DNA from: Macrostomum lignano
Taxonomy: Eukaryota
Direction: 5' to 3'
NCBI GenBank assembly: GCA_002269645.1
Contig: NIVC01000290.1
Span: 89,108 to 153,107 of the forward strand
Length of the DNA: 64,000 nucleotides
Shown: in pieces, positions 20,090-32,441 of the stretch
How the letters are laid out: each line of letters opens with the position of its first letter
Numbering within the stretch: position 1 is the first letter of the stretch
Position numbers and translations under genes: made by a program
Notes under the pieces: generated by a model
What the model saw: the letters and a program-made list of their open reading frames with translations, nothing else
What the model was told of the DNA's origin: nothing
Database searches by the model: none

Positions 20090-20600
20090 TTTTGGAGGCT
20101 GTAGGATGATGGAGACTGTAGGATGATGGAGACTGTAGGATGATGGAAGCTGTAGGATGATGGAGACTGTAGGATGATGGAGACTGTAGGATGTTGGAGG
20201 CTGTAGGATGATGGAAGCTGTAGGATGTTGGAGGCTGTAGGATGATGGAAGCTGTAGGATGTTGGAGGCTGTAGGATGATGGAGGCTGTAGGATGATGGA
20301 GGCTGTAGGATGATGAAGGCTGTAGGATGATGAAGGCTGTAGGATGATGAAGGCTGTAGGATGATGGAGGCTGTAGGATGATGAAGGCTGTAGGATGATG
20401 GAGGCTGTAGGATGATGGAGGCTGTAGGATGATGGAGACGTAGGATGATGGAGACTGTAGGATGATGGAGGCTGTAGGATGATGGAGGCTGTAGGATGAT
20501 GGAGGCTGTAGGATGATGGAGGCTGTAGGATGATGGAGACTGTAGGATGATGGAGACTATAGGATGATGGAGACTGTAGGATGTTGGAGGCTGTAGGATG
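20090..20600. repeat. 17-bp minisatellite GCTGTAGGATGATGGAG downstream of SLC13
   Basis: About 30 units. Confidence 0.92.
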
Positions 20601-21096
20601 GGTCAGTCTAAAGTTCTATTAAGTAAACGTTTGTAAAAAAACAAAGCAGTTTGAATTACATGTAACGGTATTCATCTGAGAACATCAGACTGACCATTCT
20701 AGATCATTATTTTTAGTATATGGATTTCAGCTATTTTAGGCAACTCAAACGGGCCCCAGTCTATGGCATAAACAGACAGAGCTGATGTATCAGAGGGGCA
20801 GTGTTCTTGACCTGAAGGCTTGAGTTGTCCATGCGCTTATAATTAAGATCATGTCGGGGAAAATGCGGGCAGTGATTTTACTTAACAAAAAAGTTTCTTA
20901 AAAAGAAAACAGTTCCAGGAAATTTGGGTGTTCATTTTTTGCTTTTCCCGTTAAGCTCCCATCTTTAAAAGCACCACAGTCCATTTTCCTGTCGAGGTTT
21001 TTATTTTTAACCGCTTTTTCTGTTCCGAAGCTCCACAGTCCGCATGGTTTTCTTTCACTCACGCAGCCTTGGGCCGGTCACGGACAGCTGAACACT

Positions 21097-21195
21097 GAGG
21101 GGCCGCAGCCCAGTGGTCCGGCGCGGCGCTCTGATGTGCCAGAGGCCCAGGCTCGATTCCAAGTGCAGTCACATTAAATCGGGGCTAAATTCGGG
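21097..21195 (+). mobile_element. Truncated 5' head of the same tRNA-derived SINE family as 1795-2155
   Basis: GAGGGGCCGCAGCCCAGTGG...CCCAGGCTCGATTCCAAGTGCAGTCACATTAA..GGGGCT.AATT aligns by eye with the reverse complement of ~2060-2155. Confidence 0.75.
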
Positions 21196-21231
21196 TGCAG
21201 ATAACAATTTCAATTGGAGGGGGCCGCAACC

Positions 21232-21277
21232 CATGGACAACTAGAGTAGTTGTCTAGTTGTCCTCTAGTTGTCCATG
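21232..21277. mobile_element. 46-bp miniature TIR element with 8-bp TSD (P/hAT-type)
   Basis: Perfect 15-bp TIRs CATGGACAACTAGAG / CTCTAGTTGTCCATG, flanked by CCGCAACC at 21224-21231 and 21278-21285. Confidence 0.8.
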
Positions 21278-22489
21278 CCGCAACCCTTAGGGGGGGCGCC
21301 AATATTTGGTGTCTTGGTTGTCACTACCAGATTGCAACTTTGCAACTGGAGCAAGTGTTGTTTGTCCACAGATGCTAGAATAACTACTAGATGTCAACTC
21401 GCAAAAATGCGCTTATAATCTACTCTTTATCAGCAGCATAATTAGTGTTTTCTGCTTTTGCAATAATGGAATAGAAAGATATTAAATTTGTAAGCTGAAG
21501 ATTGCTGGAAAACTTGAAAAAGCCAAATCAAGTGCGTGTGCATAGCGAGCAAGAGAGAAAAGGGGTTGCGCCCTAGCCCTCAGCCATATCAGTTTGGGTT
21601 GTTTCCTCTTGCCCGCTTGTGTCTGACTTTGGCCTTTACTTACTGCTCTCTCATTGGCTGGGCCAGATTGGGCCTGCCCCCTAGGCTGAGTTTCGTCCAT
21701 CTTACTGCCTTCTCCTTACTGCTCTCTCATTGGCTGGGCCAGATTGGGCCTGCCCCATAGGCTGAGTTTCGTCCGTCTTGCGTTCACTTGTGTACATCAA
21801 GTTAATAAATTAAATTTAAGTGACACTGTGCAGACAAACTACTGAAAAAAGAGTAGACGCTCGGCTTTTTCACAACTTTAATTACGAGGGGCACATCCGG
21901 TTATTCTAGTATCTTTGGCTTTGTCCAAGGACGAGCTATAACCTTATTGAGACTTTGAAACCTGATGGATGTCACTCGCACAACAAAATTCAACACTTTA
22001 TAAAAACTTGCCATCTCGCCAATAATGCATGTTGCAGCGACACCGCCAGCTTCCTTCCGCTTCATCTGTCCTCCGTTTGGCCAGTAGATTTAGCCATTAT
22101 ATTAAAATCGTTTCTTTGAAAATATAATTTATGATCGCCGCCATCTTTCGAGAAGATTTCACCTGTGAAATTCGCACTCTGGCTTTCTTGCTTTTTTCCG
22201 ATTCATGCAGCCGGAATCGCTCTCCATTTCTGAGCAGAGGTGAGTTCTGAGTTGTACTCTGAATTTTACCTGAGTCAGAGTTCAGCAGTATTGAGCAGGG
22301 CTTGAGTAGCTCCAAATATTGGTCTGGGACTTGGGTTGGGAGCACAGCGCTTTAGTTGACGGCAAGGAGGTCAGGAACCTGACTTGACTTGAAATTAATA
22401 TTGAGGATAATATGGAGTGCTCTGGGTCGAATCAGGCTGGTGAATTCAGTCTTGTCTCTATCCTCAACCCTCTATTAGCCTTCCCCACT

Positions 22490-23115
22490 CTATCCGCCAT
22501 CCTCCTCACTCTATCCGCCATCCTCCTCACTCTATCCGCCATCCTCCTCCCTCCATCCGCCCTCCTCACTCTATCAGCACTCCTCCTCACTCTATCCGCC
22601 ATCCTCCTCATTCTATCCGCCATCCTCCTCCCTCCATCCGCCCTCCTCACTCTATCCGCCCTCCTCCCTCCATCCGCCCTCCTCCTCATTCTATCCGCCA
22701 TCCTCCTCCCTCCATCCGCCCTCCTCCTCATTCTATCCGCCCTCCTCCTCACTCTCTCCGCCCTCCTCCTCACTCTCTCCGCCCTCCTCCTCATTCTCTC
22801 CGCCCTCCTCCTCACTCTCTCCGCCCTCCTCCTCACTCTCTCCGCCCTCCTCCTCACTCTCCGCCCTCCTCCCCACTCTCTCCGCCCTCCTCCTCACTCT
22901 CTCCGCCCTCCTCCTCACTCTCTCCGCCCTCCTCCTCACTCTCTCCGCCCTCCTCCTCACTCTCTCCGCCCTCCTCCTCACTCTCTCCGCCCTCCTCCTC
23001 ACTCTCTCCGCCCTCCTCCTCACTCTCTCCGCCCTCCTCCTCACTCTCTCCGCCCTCCTCCTCACTCTCTCCGCCCTCCTCCTCACTCTCTCCGCCCTCC
23101 TCCTCACTCTCTCCG
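22490..23115. repeat. C/T-rich 21-bp minisatellite (CTCCGCCCTCCTCCTCACTCT)
   Basis: Direct reading of the sequence. Confidence 0.92.
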
Positions 23116-25244
23116 CCCTTTTCCATACAGTCGCAGTTGTAATATTTTACCTCGATCAAAAGGTCTATGAATGCTACTGATAGTAGCCAGCAAAGAGCAG
23201 ATTTTCAAATCAACTTGTCAGCAAATCCAAGCATTCAAAGTGAAGCCGAGATCGCATTGGCTGGTTGTCAGAGCTATCAGCAGCCAGTCCGACAGCTGGC
23301 ATTGGCTCACTGGAGAGGCCCTGCAACGGGCAGAGCTGATAAAGGCTTGTTCAACTGCAGACTGATACGCGAAGACAGCGGCCCCTCCCTAAGTTTGACA
23401 AGCCGGCTGGCGCACTCACGGCTCGTCATAAGAGAGCTTTTAGCCTTGGCAAATAATTTCAGGCATTCTATCAATTCTAGCAACCAGCATGAACAGCACT
23501 GCAGAGTTTCGGTGAGCTTTGCTTTCACTTATTTTATCGCCTTACATGTAATTCGGGCTTAGTTCTGACTCAAGATTGCTTGGAGCTGTCAATCATAGCC
23601 TCATGCTTGTAAAATACTCATGGCTGCTCAAAGCGAACTCATAAACTGAGCTGAGCAGCTCTTGCGAGTTGTGATCCCGTGAGTTGTTATCTCCTGCCAA
23701 GAGTTGACAACTAGAGATGACCGAAACTTTACTGCAGGAATCCAATTTTAAATTAATACCGGACCAAAGTCACGTGTGATGGCCTCAGCTTGGCTTCAAG
23801 GCTTAGCTGGGTCTTAACCCCCCTAAGACCATGTGGCGCCAGCGAGCACGAGTGGCGTCAGAACATGGGGCGCGATTGCCAAGACAACAAGTCCTGCGCC
23901 TTGCACTTTAAACCTTCGGTGCAGGCAGGTTCAATTAGAGAGAAAGTCTGTGGTGGTCCGGTTTTTCAGTTTGAGCGCAGTTTTTCCATCAGCTGCATCT
24001 GAATGCAGTTCAGTGTTTATGTTAAACAGGCATTGTGAATTCTATACGCTGAACTGAATGAAAAAGGACACTGCAGTCTGCAGAAGTCCTCAGTTACACG
24101 GCTGCTGTTCTCGGTTCCCCATGGCAGTGCACAGATAGAAACAAATCAATTAAGTTCGCCAAGCAGGTGCCGCGGTTCCCATAGTAATTATTTGCAGGCG
24201 ATTGCCAGCAACCACGAGCTAATAAACTGCTGAGCCGGACTCATGCACCTGCGACCCCATGTTTGCCGGCCGTGACTGCGAGCTCGGGTGCTGATCACGC
24301 GGCGAGGCAGAAGAGAGATTTGTCTGCCATAAAACAGCTGCATCTCCGCAGTTCCTGTGACAGTCGAGCATGCGCAGCCTCCATGCAGTTTGATTTTCAT
24401 TTGCTGCCTGAAAGCGGCGCTCTCATGCAGCAGCTGCGAGATCAGCAGAAATGCAAATTCGAATCCGCTATCGAGCTGTCACTGGAGAACTGCGCCAGTT
24501 TCTTTAGCAGAAGAAACACTTTTGCACAATTCAGCGTCAGGGTGGCCCCCGAGATGAAGGGTCGGTTCTGGGCCTCGGGCGAGTTGGATTTGACTCCCCC
24601 CTCCTCTCCCTGTCCTGCGAAATTTGCATCTTTCACGAGTTTTGTCTCCTGAGTGAAAAATTACTGACTGCGTCTAGAGAGATAACAATGGTGAGGACGC
24701 CCCATGCAGTCCGAGCAGTCCCCAGCTTCCATTTTCTAGAAGTTCCAGCTTCCAGCTTCCAGAATTTTTGGCTCCCAGCTTCCAGAAGTTCCACCTCCCA
24801 TTTTCAAAAAGTTCCAGCTTCCAAAATTTTCGGTTTACAGCTTCCAGCTTCCAAATTGCAGTAGAGATGCGAGCTTTGGTTACTGGCTTCCAACTAGCTT
24901 CCCGCCGGCTGCAACCGGCTTCCGGCTTCCAGCTACCAAACATCTGTCAGCTTCCATGCGCAAGAACGATTGCTGTAACTGACCCTATATGTAATTTTAT
25001 TTTAATCTGGACTGCGATATCCAATCTAAAAAATGGCATAAAATTTTGAGCTGGCTTCCCCATTTGGCACAGCAGGGTAAGGGAATTATGGGGAAGCTTT
25101 TTGGTCCTCTCCGATGCGACACCGCAAATGGCGATGCCGCTGAGTGCCGGCTCGCATATGCGTCATAAATTTTACTCGAACCGCATAACGAGCTGTCTGC
25201 CCCTGCTCAGAATATTTGGCTGCAAATGAGTAGCCTCAAAGACG

Positions 25245-25650
25245 GCGCCCAACTGGGGAATGGTGGCGCCAAACTGGAGACAGCAGCGCCAAACTGGGGA
25301 CAGCGGCGCCAAACTGGGGACAGCGGCGCCAAACTGGGGACAGCGGCGCCAAACCGCGACAGCGGCGCCAAACTGGGGACAGCGGCGCCAAACTGGGGAC
25401 AGCGGCGCCAAACTGGGGACAGCGGCGCCAAACTGGGGACAGCGGCGCCAAACCGCGAAAGCGGCGCCAAACTGGGGACAGCGGCGCCAACTGGGGACAG
25501 CGGCGCCAAACTGGGGATGGTGCCGCCAAACTGGGGAAAGCGGCGCCAAACCGGGGATGGTGGCGCCAAACTGGGGATGGTGGCGCCAAACTGGGACAGC
25601 GGCGCCAAACTGGGACAGCGGCGCCAAACTGGGACAGCGGCGCCAAACTG
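25245..25650. repeat. 20-bp minisatellite GGCGCCAAACTGGGGACAGC upstream of the first identifiable GPCR exon
   Basis: About 20 units ending just before the acceptor at 25681. Confidence 0.9.
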
Positions 25651-25681
25651 CCAAAGCTTTCGATCTCCCTCCCGCCCGCAG

Positions 25682-27411
25682 CCCCGAGCCAGACTGGCAC
25701 TTCGACCTGCAGGCCAACCTGACCGGACAGCAGCCGGACTGGCTGTGGAGAAGCGCCTCTACGAGGCCATCTGGAACGCCCTGCCGCCCGTGATGATTCC
25801 CTGCGGCCTGGTCTGCAACGTCTGCGCCTTCCTGGTGCTGCTGCAGCCCCGCCTGCGTGGCCTGGTGGTGCACCTGCCGCTCACCGTGCTGTCCGTGGTC
25901 GACTGCGTCGTGCTGCTGATGGGGCTCCTGCGGCACTGGCTGCGGAAAGCGTCCTACTTCACCGAGAACTTCGGGAACAGCCTTGACCCGCAGACCCTGT
26001 GCACCGCCTGCTGTCCGGGTGAGCACAGGTTGGGATGAAGGACTCTGGCCGGATTTCAGTTGCTATGGGACTTATCAAAATCACAGTTGCTATGGGATTG
26101 ATCCAAATCACAGTTGCTATGGGATTGATCCAAATCACATTTGCTATGGGATTGATCCAAATCGCAGTTGCTATGGGATTGATCCAAATCGCAGTTGCTA
26201 TGGGATTGATCCAAATCGCAGTTGCTATGGGATTGATCCAAATCGCAGTTGCTATGGGATTGATCCAAATCACAGTTGCTATGGAATTGATCCAAATCGC
26301 AGTTGCTATGGGATTGATCCAAATCGCAGTTGCTATGGGATTGATCCAAATCACAGTTGCTATGGGATTGATCCAAATCGCAGTTGCTATGGGATTGATC
26401 CAAATCACAGTTGCTATGGGACTGCAATGACTATCCAAATCACAGGTGCTATAGGACTGGTGACTATCCGAATCACAGTTGCTATGGAACTGATGTTGCA
26501 CTTTATTGTAAAGCTGTGCATGCTCAGGACACGCGCACTCACTCACAATGCCCAACCCAGGATTCGAGCTGCTGCTGTACCTCAGCCTCATGTACTCCTC
26601 TTGGATCATCATGGTGATCGCACTGGAACGCTTCGTGACCATCTGCGTGATGCCGGGCAGCCGCGGCCGGGCCTTCCTGATCTCGAAGCGCGGCCTGATC
26701 ATCGTGCTGTCTGCGGTGTTCGTCGTCCTGCTGGGCTGCAACCTGCACTTCCCCTTCACACGCTACCTGAACCGCAACTCCAGCCGCTACGGCGAGTCCT
26801 GCGAGAACCGCGACGAGTTCCATCATTTTGTGGAGGCCGTGTTTCCCAGAATCGACCTGGCGCTCACCGCCTTCCTACCGTTTGCCGTCATCCTCGCCTG
26901 CAACCTCGCCATCATCGCCAAGCTGCGGGCGGTGCGACGCGCCTCCGTGCTGGGCAACGGGCAGTCCAAGCTGGCCAGCCACCGCACCACCGTCATGCTG
27001 CTGCTCACCAGCTTCACCTTCGTGCTGCTCACCTCGCCGGTCAAGCTCTACCTCACCGTGATCGGCGGCGCCTATCCGGACTGGCTGAGCGCGAGCTCCG
27101 ACCCCGGCCTGTTCTACTCCTATCGGGTGCTCTGGTCCGCCCTGCTGGTGCTGCAGTTCACAAACCACTGCTGCAACTTCCTGTTGTACTGCGGCAGCAA
27201 CCCGCAGTTCAGGCGGGAGGCGGCCCGACTCGCCCACAGCTGCTGCTGTCGCTGCTGGCCCCGCCGGATCGGCAACTCCGCGGCCGCCTCCTCCTTGGGT
27301 GGCCCGCAGTCAGCGAAGCAGCCGCACGGCCGGCTGCACCTGGCCGGAGGCTCGGCGTCCGGGACGGAGTCGCCTGCGGCCACGGCCGCCACCGCGGTGT
27401 CCCGGATGTGA
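25682..27411 (+). CDS. Class A (rhodopsin-like) peptide-receptor-type GPCR, FMRFamide/GPR139-like group; exons 25682-26018 and 26561-27411, 5' end unresolved
   Basis: TM1 GLVCN, TM2 LSVVD, TM3 SSWIIMVIALERFVTIC, TM5 FLPFAVILACN..II.KL, TM7 NHCCNFLLYC..NPQFR. The junction CCGG|GTGAG...CCAG|GA is phase 1. Confidence 0.85.
26055..26500. repeat. 27-bp minisatellite in the GPCR intron
   Basis: CAGTTGCTATGGGATTGATCCAAATCG, ~15 copies. Confidence 0.92.
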
Positions 27412-28748
27412 GCAATGCTCAGCAGGGATATGAGCACTCGCGATCTCTCGAAACGTCGATTTAGTGTACATGTACGAGACGTACAGTACATGTAAAACAC
27501 TGCAAATGTAAAGGCAGAAAGCTGGGCAAGTGGCAGCCAGCTACAGCACCCTAACCGATCGGTAGCAATTCCCGGGCCGCGGGTTGATTGGAGACGCCGA
27601 GACATTCCATGAATCCAACCGGTTAGCTGAGAGCGAGACAAATCTGTTTGATCTGGGAGGGAGCTTTAGAATTGATAATACATGTAAGCCAGGATGTTTT
27701 CGCAATATTCCGCTAGGACCCCCCGGATGGGGATTTCCCGGCGTTTTTAGTAGACTGTTCCGACATGCCACTCGTCGGCCTGGTCCTGACCTGCCCGTGC
27801 TTAAACGCAAGTTGACACTATTATTAGTAACCCTGCGAACAGGTACTGCTGACATGCTAGCTCGTACATGAAAATTTAGGCCACTATAGATTCTTGCAGC
27901 TCGCCCCTTTATTATACTATACCTGTGTTTGTTTCATACTGACTCGCTTAATCATTCACATAAAATTGACAAAAATGTTCCCTAAGCATCCCAGTGGAGA
28001 TGTGTACGCTGAGAGTTAACAGTAATTAGAGGGGCGAATTTAGTTCCTTTCATTCATTAAACTTCGATTATCCATAATTAAGCTTTTACGAGCTAGAGTG
28101 CATGCAATTTCTATGGGGACAATGGAGCGGCCCAGTTTTGCATCCATCTCCTACCGGTACCAGCGCATTCTACAAAAATCTTTAGAAGCCCAAGAAAATC
28201 ACTCCGGTGACAGCTGTCTTGAGCTGCTCCCGAGTTGCCAGTTCACTTCCTGCCCTGTTTCTATGGAGTTTTATTTAGACAGCAAGTTTCCGAAACGCTT
28301 TTTGACTGCTCAGGAAAGCAGGGATCCCTGTATTTAGCCAAGACAAATAACGGGCCACCGTGAGTTCAGTTTCACTATGTAAACAGTGAATGAGCAAATT
28401 GTCTTTAGCGATTCTTATGCAAACTGTTAACCCTGAATTCTGTGTGCAATACGCCAACACCGACCAGCTTCCTGGTGTCTGCAACTGTATTTGCGGACCT
28501 AAATTTCTCTTTAGAGTATCCGGTGTATGAAGGCTCCTTGTTAACTTCATTATGCTTTTCTTATTCAAGATGCCATTTTCTGCAGAGATTACAGACTCGT
28601 AGTTTTTGCATGCAGAAGAAACTAGAATCTCATAATAAATTCATCATGGAAAGACAGCCAACTCATTAATAATTTAATGTACGTCATCTTATAAATTTAT
28701 GATAATTCTTTGGATGATTATTCTGTAGCGACTGACAAAGCTTGCTAC

Positions 28749-29258
28749 GGGTCGCTTTCACAAACCCTAAATTTCACGTCGCAAGACAAACTTTTGTAAG
28801 CTCTAAACTTCATAAACCCTATATTTCACGTCGAAAAGTTGTGCACACTATTTCACAAGCCCTAAATTTCACAACGCCTAAAACCACTATGGAGATACAA
28901 TCTTTCTACAATCTTCTGTATCTCCATAGTGTTTTTAGGCGTTGTGAAATTCTGTGCATGCCTTTTAGGTGTTATGAAATTTAGGGCTTGTGAAATTCTG
29001 TGCATGCCTTTTAGGTGTTATGAAATTTAGGGCTTGTGAAATTCTGTGCATGCCTTTTAGGTGTTATGAAATTTAGGGCTTGTGAAATTCTGTGCATGCC
29101 TTTTAGGTGTTATGAAATTTAGGGCTTGTGAAATTTAGGTTGTGAAATCTGCTGCATTGCTTATTTTCGACGTTGTGAAAATTAGAATTTATGGAATATA
29201 GGTCTTATGAAAGGTTCTGGTTCTGACGTTGTGAAAATTAGGGTTTGTGAAACGACCC
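28749..29258. mobile_element. MITE, ~510 bp, ~30-bp TIRs, internal 46-bp tandem repeat
   Basis: Left end GGGTCGCTTTCACAAACCCTAAATTTCAC; the right end reverse-complements to GGGTCGTTTCACAAACCCTAATTTTCAC. The interior is made of TGTGAAA/TTTCACA motifs in both orientations. Confidence 0.78.
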
Positions 29259-31825
29259 TCTTGCTTACGTATGCGCGCGGAGAGTGTATTTCGCAGAGCG
29301 TAAAAAGGTGAAGCGTAGAATGGGGATACAAAGAGCCTTATAGTAGGCAAGAGCGGTATGAGTCTTTGTTCCCCCTAGCCCTCAGACACGCAGATCCCAC
29401 AGAGGGTGAGTCAACCAATTGGGGCTTGGCCAAGGATTTCTCTATAACTTTAGAATTAGATAAAATTCGTGTAAAACTAGTTTTGTGGGGAATACTGGGC
29501 TAGAATAACGCTCGTTGGTGGGCCTAAGTTGGTACGAAAAAAACTAAGAATTATTTTAGCGTAGAAGCTGCAATCAAAGAAACAGTTAAACAGATTGATA
29601 AAATGACACGTTAGCAAAATATAGTTAGTGCGCAAGCACTGAAAGTGTTTACATAAATGCAGTAAAATCACATGCAATCCTGCTCAAAAGTTTATTTTGA
29701 GTTTATGTAACAAACGGTATGCGTAAAATTGCTAGTCTAGTTAATAGAAGTCTCAGACAGCTCAGCAAAGACGTCACTTGTTGAGCACGGGAACCACAGA
29801 TGTCGCAGAACTCTAAAAGTGCAAAGAGAATGAGCAAGTTGTGCAATGATCAAAGACAATCACTAATTGGCGATACTAAAAAACTGATGTTCGAAAAGCA
29901 AAATCAGCAGGCATTAGCTATGCAACAGCGGCCACAATAGGTTAAGCTGGCTTCAGTCGGCACTTCCTATTACCAAGGTTCATCATTAATAATTGTTTAC
30001 AACTTCATCCCAGTTGGATCACTGACAGGTAAAACATGAATGCACGATTTGCAATAATTACTTACCAGTTACTGGAATCCAGCAGGTCATGACTGGATTA
30101 TCTGGAAAATAAGCAGTCAGTGAATGCACTATCAATGCAGCAGTGAAGATTAGCGATTTACATATGATAAAAGCTTAAAGTAGTATAAATAGTTGTATCA
30201 GATGGCAATTATATGCAACAGCTGCCACAATAGAGTAACTGGCTTCAGTCGGCACTTCCTATTACCAAGGCTCATCATTAACTGGCTTCGATCGGACTGC
30301 ATAATACAGTAACTACAATTATTTTATTACTCATACTTACAATAATAAATACAACAATCACTTACCAGTGCAATGGATCTGCCAAAAAGGATTCGAACTG
30401 GGCTGCAACTATCCCAGATACTCAGACTGGACTGCCATCTTCAGATATACTGGCTGTAAAATCTAAAAAGAAATACAAAAATAAATGAAAAATCAGTTAC
30501 AGCATTAAACTGGCACAATAAGTCAATTTTATACTTTAGTCTTTAAGAATCTATATCAGATGGCAATTATATGCAACAAGTGCCACAATAGAATAACTGG
30601 CTTCAGTCGGCACTTCCTATTACCAAGGCTCATCATAAAATAACCTAGTGATTTCTTGCATGTTTATCTAAGTGAAACTATAGGTACTATATAATAAACA
30701 AGATAAAGTAAAAATCAACCTAAACTTACCAAAAAAGCTGTACATCTTAATACTCTTAATAGCCAAGTAACTTCTTGTCAAGTTGACTGAATTGGTTATT
30801 ATTAGCAGCAGATCTTGAGTTGAAAATGTGCAGAAATAAAAATGAAACAAACAAATAGAAAACCAATTGCCATTATAAAAATGCTACAAAAATAAGATGT
30901 TGTTTTGTTTGAATCTATGCTAACATATATAGGCCTATTCAAATGTCTAATCCTAAATTTAAATTTAATATTTTCGAAAATATCCCAATAATGAATAAGA
31001 TTTGTACAATGGTCAATAGAATGCAAATATTCAAATATTTTCCAAATTAAATAATCTGAGTAGACCCCCTAGCCCTACTAATACTAATAGGCAAAATATG
31101 TAGAAGCAGTTATAGTCTCTTAGAAGGCTAGTTTTAGATTCATATGAAAATTATATATTATTGTTTAACTTTGCAAAATGTTTTCAGTATACAATCTTTG
31201 TTATAAGTATACCCAAAAGTTTAGTATAAATATAAGCTACGTTTGAGGAGGAAAAGCAACTTATTCATTTGTGAAAGCTCAAGCTTAACCATTAAACTTG
31301 TTCACTAAATTCATTTTCAGATTTATAAAGTGTAAATCATTTTGCAGTAAAAATCCTAAGTGTTAAGAAAGATTTGCTAAAGGAAAGAAACTAGGAGCAC
31401 ATGTAAAAGGGATACTAAAAGTAATACTATGACCTTTAAATCTTACTAATGCCCAGACTAGAGAATAGGAATTCCAGTTTTTTGCCCCCAAACTGTTTTG
31501 GCCATGGACATTTCGCCTCCAGACCATTTTGCCCATAAACCAGTTTGGCTATAGGCTTGGCCAAAATGGTGATTATGTAATTTAGAGATACAGCCATACA
31601 TATATCTTTCTTTTCTTTTTTAATGCTATTTTTTAGTTTTAATGTATAAAAATGATGATCTAAATTGTTGCTACAACAATTGTGTTATTGCAATTTTGTT
31701 TATTATGATACAAATTATTACAAGTTTTTAAAAGGGGTCTCCCTAAAACACACCCCATACTACCCTGCAGTGCTATACATTAAAACAAATTGGACTATAA
31801 CTGAAGACATTTCAAAATGCATTTA

Positions 31826-32441
31826 CAAGGACCACTAGAAGTTACCATTGTATCAGGACATAAAACTTGTAAATATTGTAAAATTATTTGAGGGCCCACT
31901 TGTTTGCATGTATTTATCAGTACTTGCTTTCAAAAAAGCATCTACTTGACTTGAGTCAACTGTTTTAAAGAAGCATGCACTATATTTGAGCCTAAGAAGC
32001 TGCATATAATATGTGTATTTATAGTTTATTTAGGCTATAATCAAGATATTTTGAGTAATTATATCATTATATGCAACTTGTTTGAATATTTCCTAAGGTT
32101 TTATGCAGACAGCAGATACTGCTAGTAGGCCCTAATAGCACTATGAATTCGACAAAGCTTGAGAAAAGCATTAGAAGGGCTTCTAACTAACTTACTATCA
32201 ACCAGAAAGTAATTTAACCAATAGGTCTATATTTTTTATAACTTATAAGCTTAGCCTTTACACTTTAGCTAGCTATGACAGTTAGGCTATCATGACATTA
32301 GGGTAGGGATATCATACTAAAACTCCAACAGCTACTAGGCTTACACCTAGGCCTACCATGATTATTAGGCCTAGTTATTATTATTATTAGGCCTACTATT
32401 ATTATTACTGGAGACTAGGACTAATTCATGCACTCATGCTT
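31826..32441 (+). mobile_element. Diverged solo copy of the transposase-5' end of the neighbouring P element
   Basis: Starts CAAGGACCACTAGAAG and is collinear, in inverted orientation, with 40767-41398 for ~620 bp. Confidence 0.85.

Noticed and set aside
21883-21900. TACGAGGGG, a mariner-like terminus
   Set aside because: I found no matching inverted end or transposase remnant nearby.
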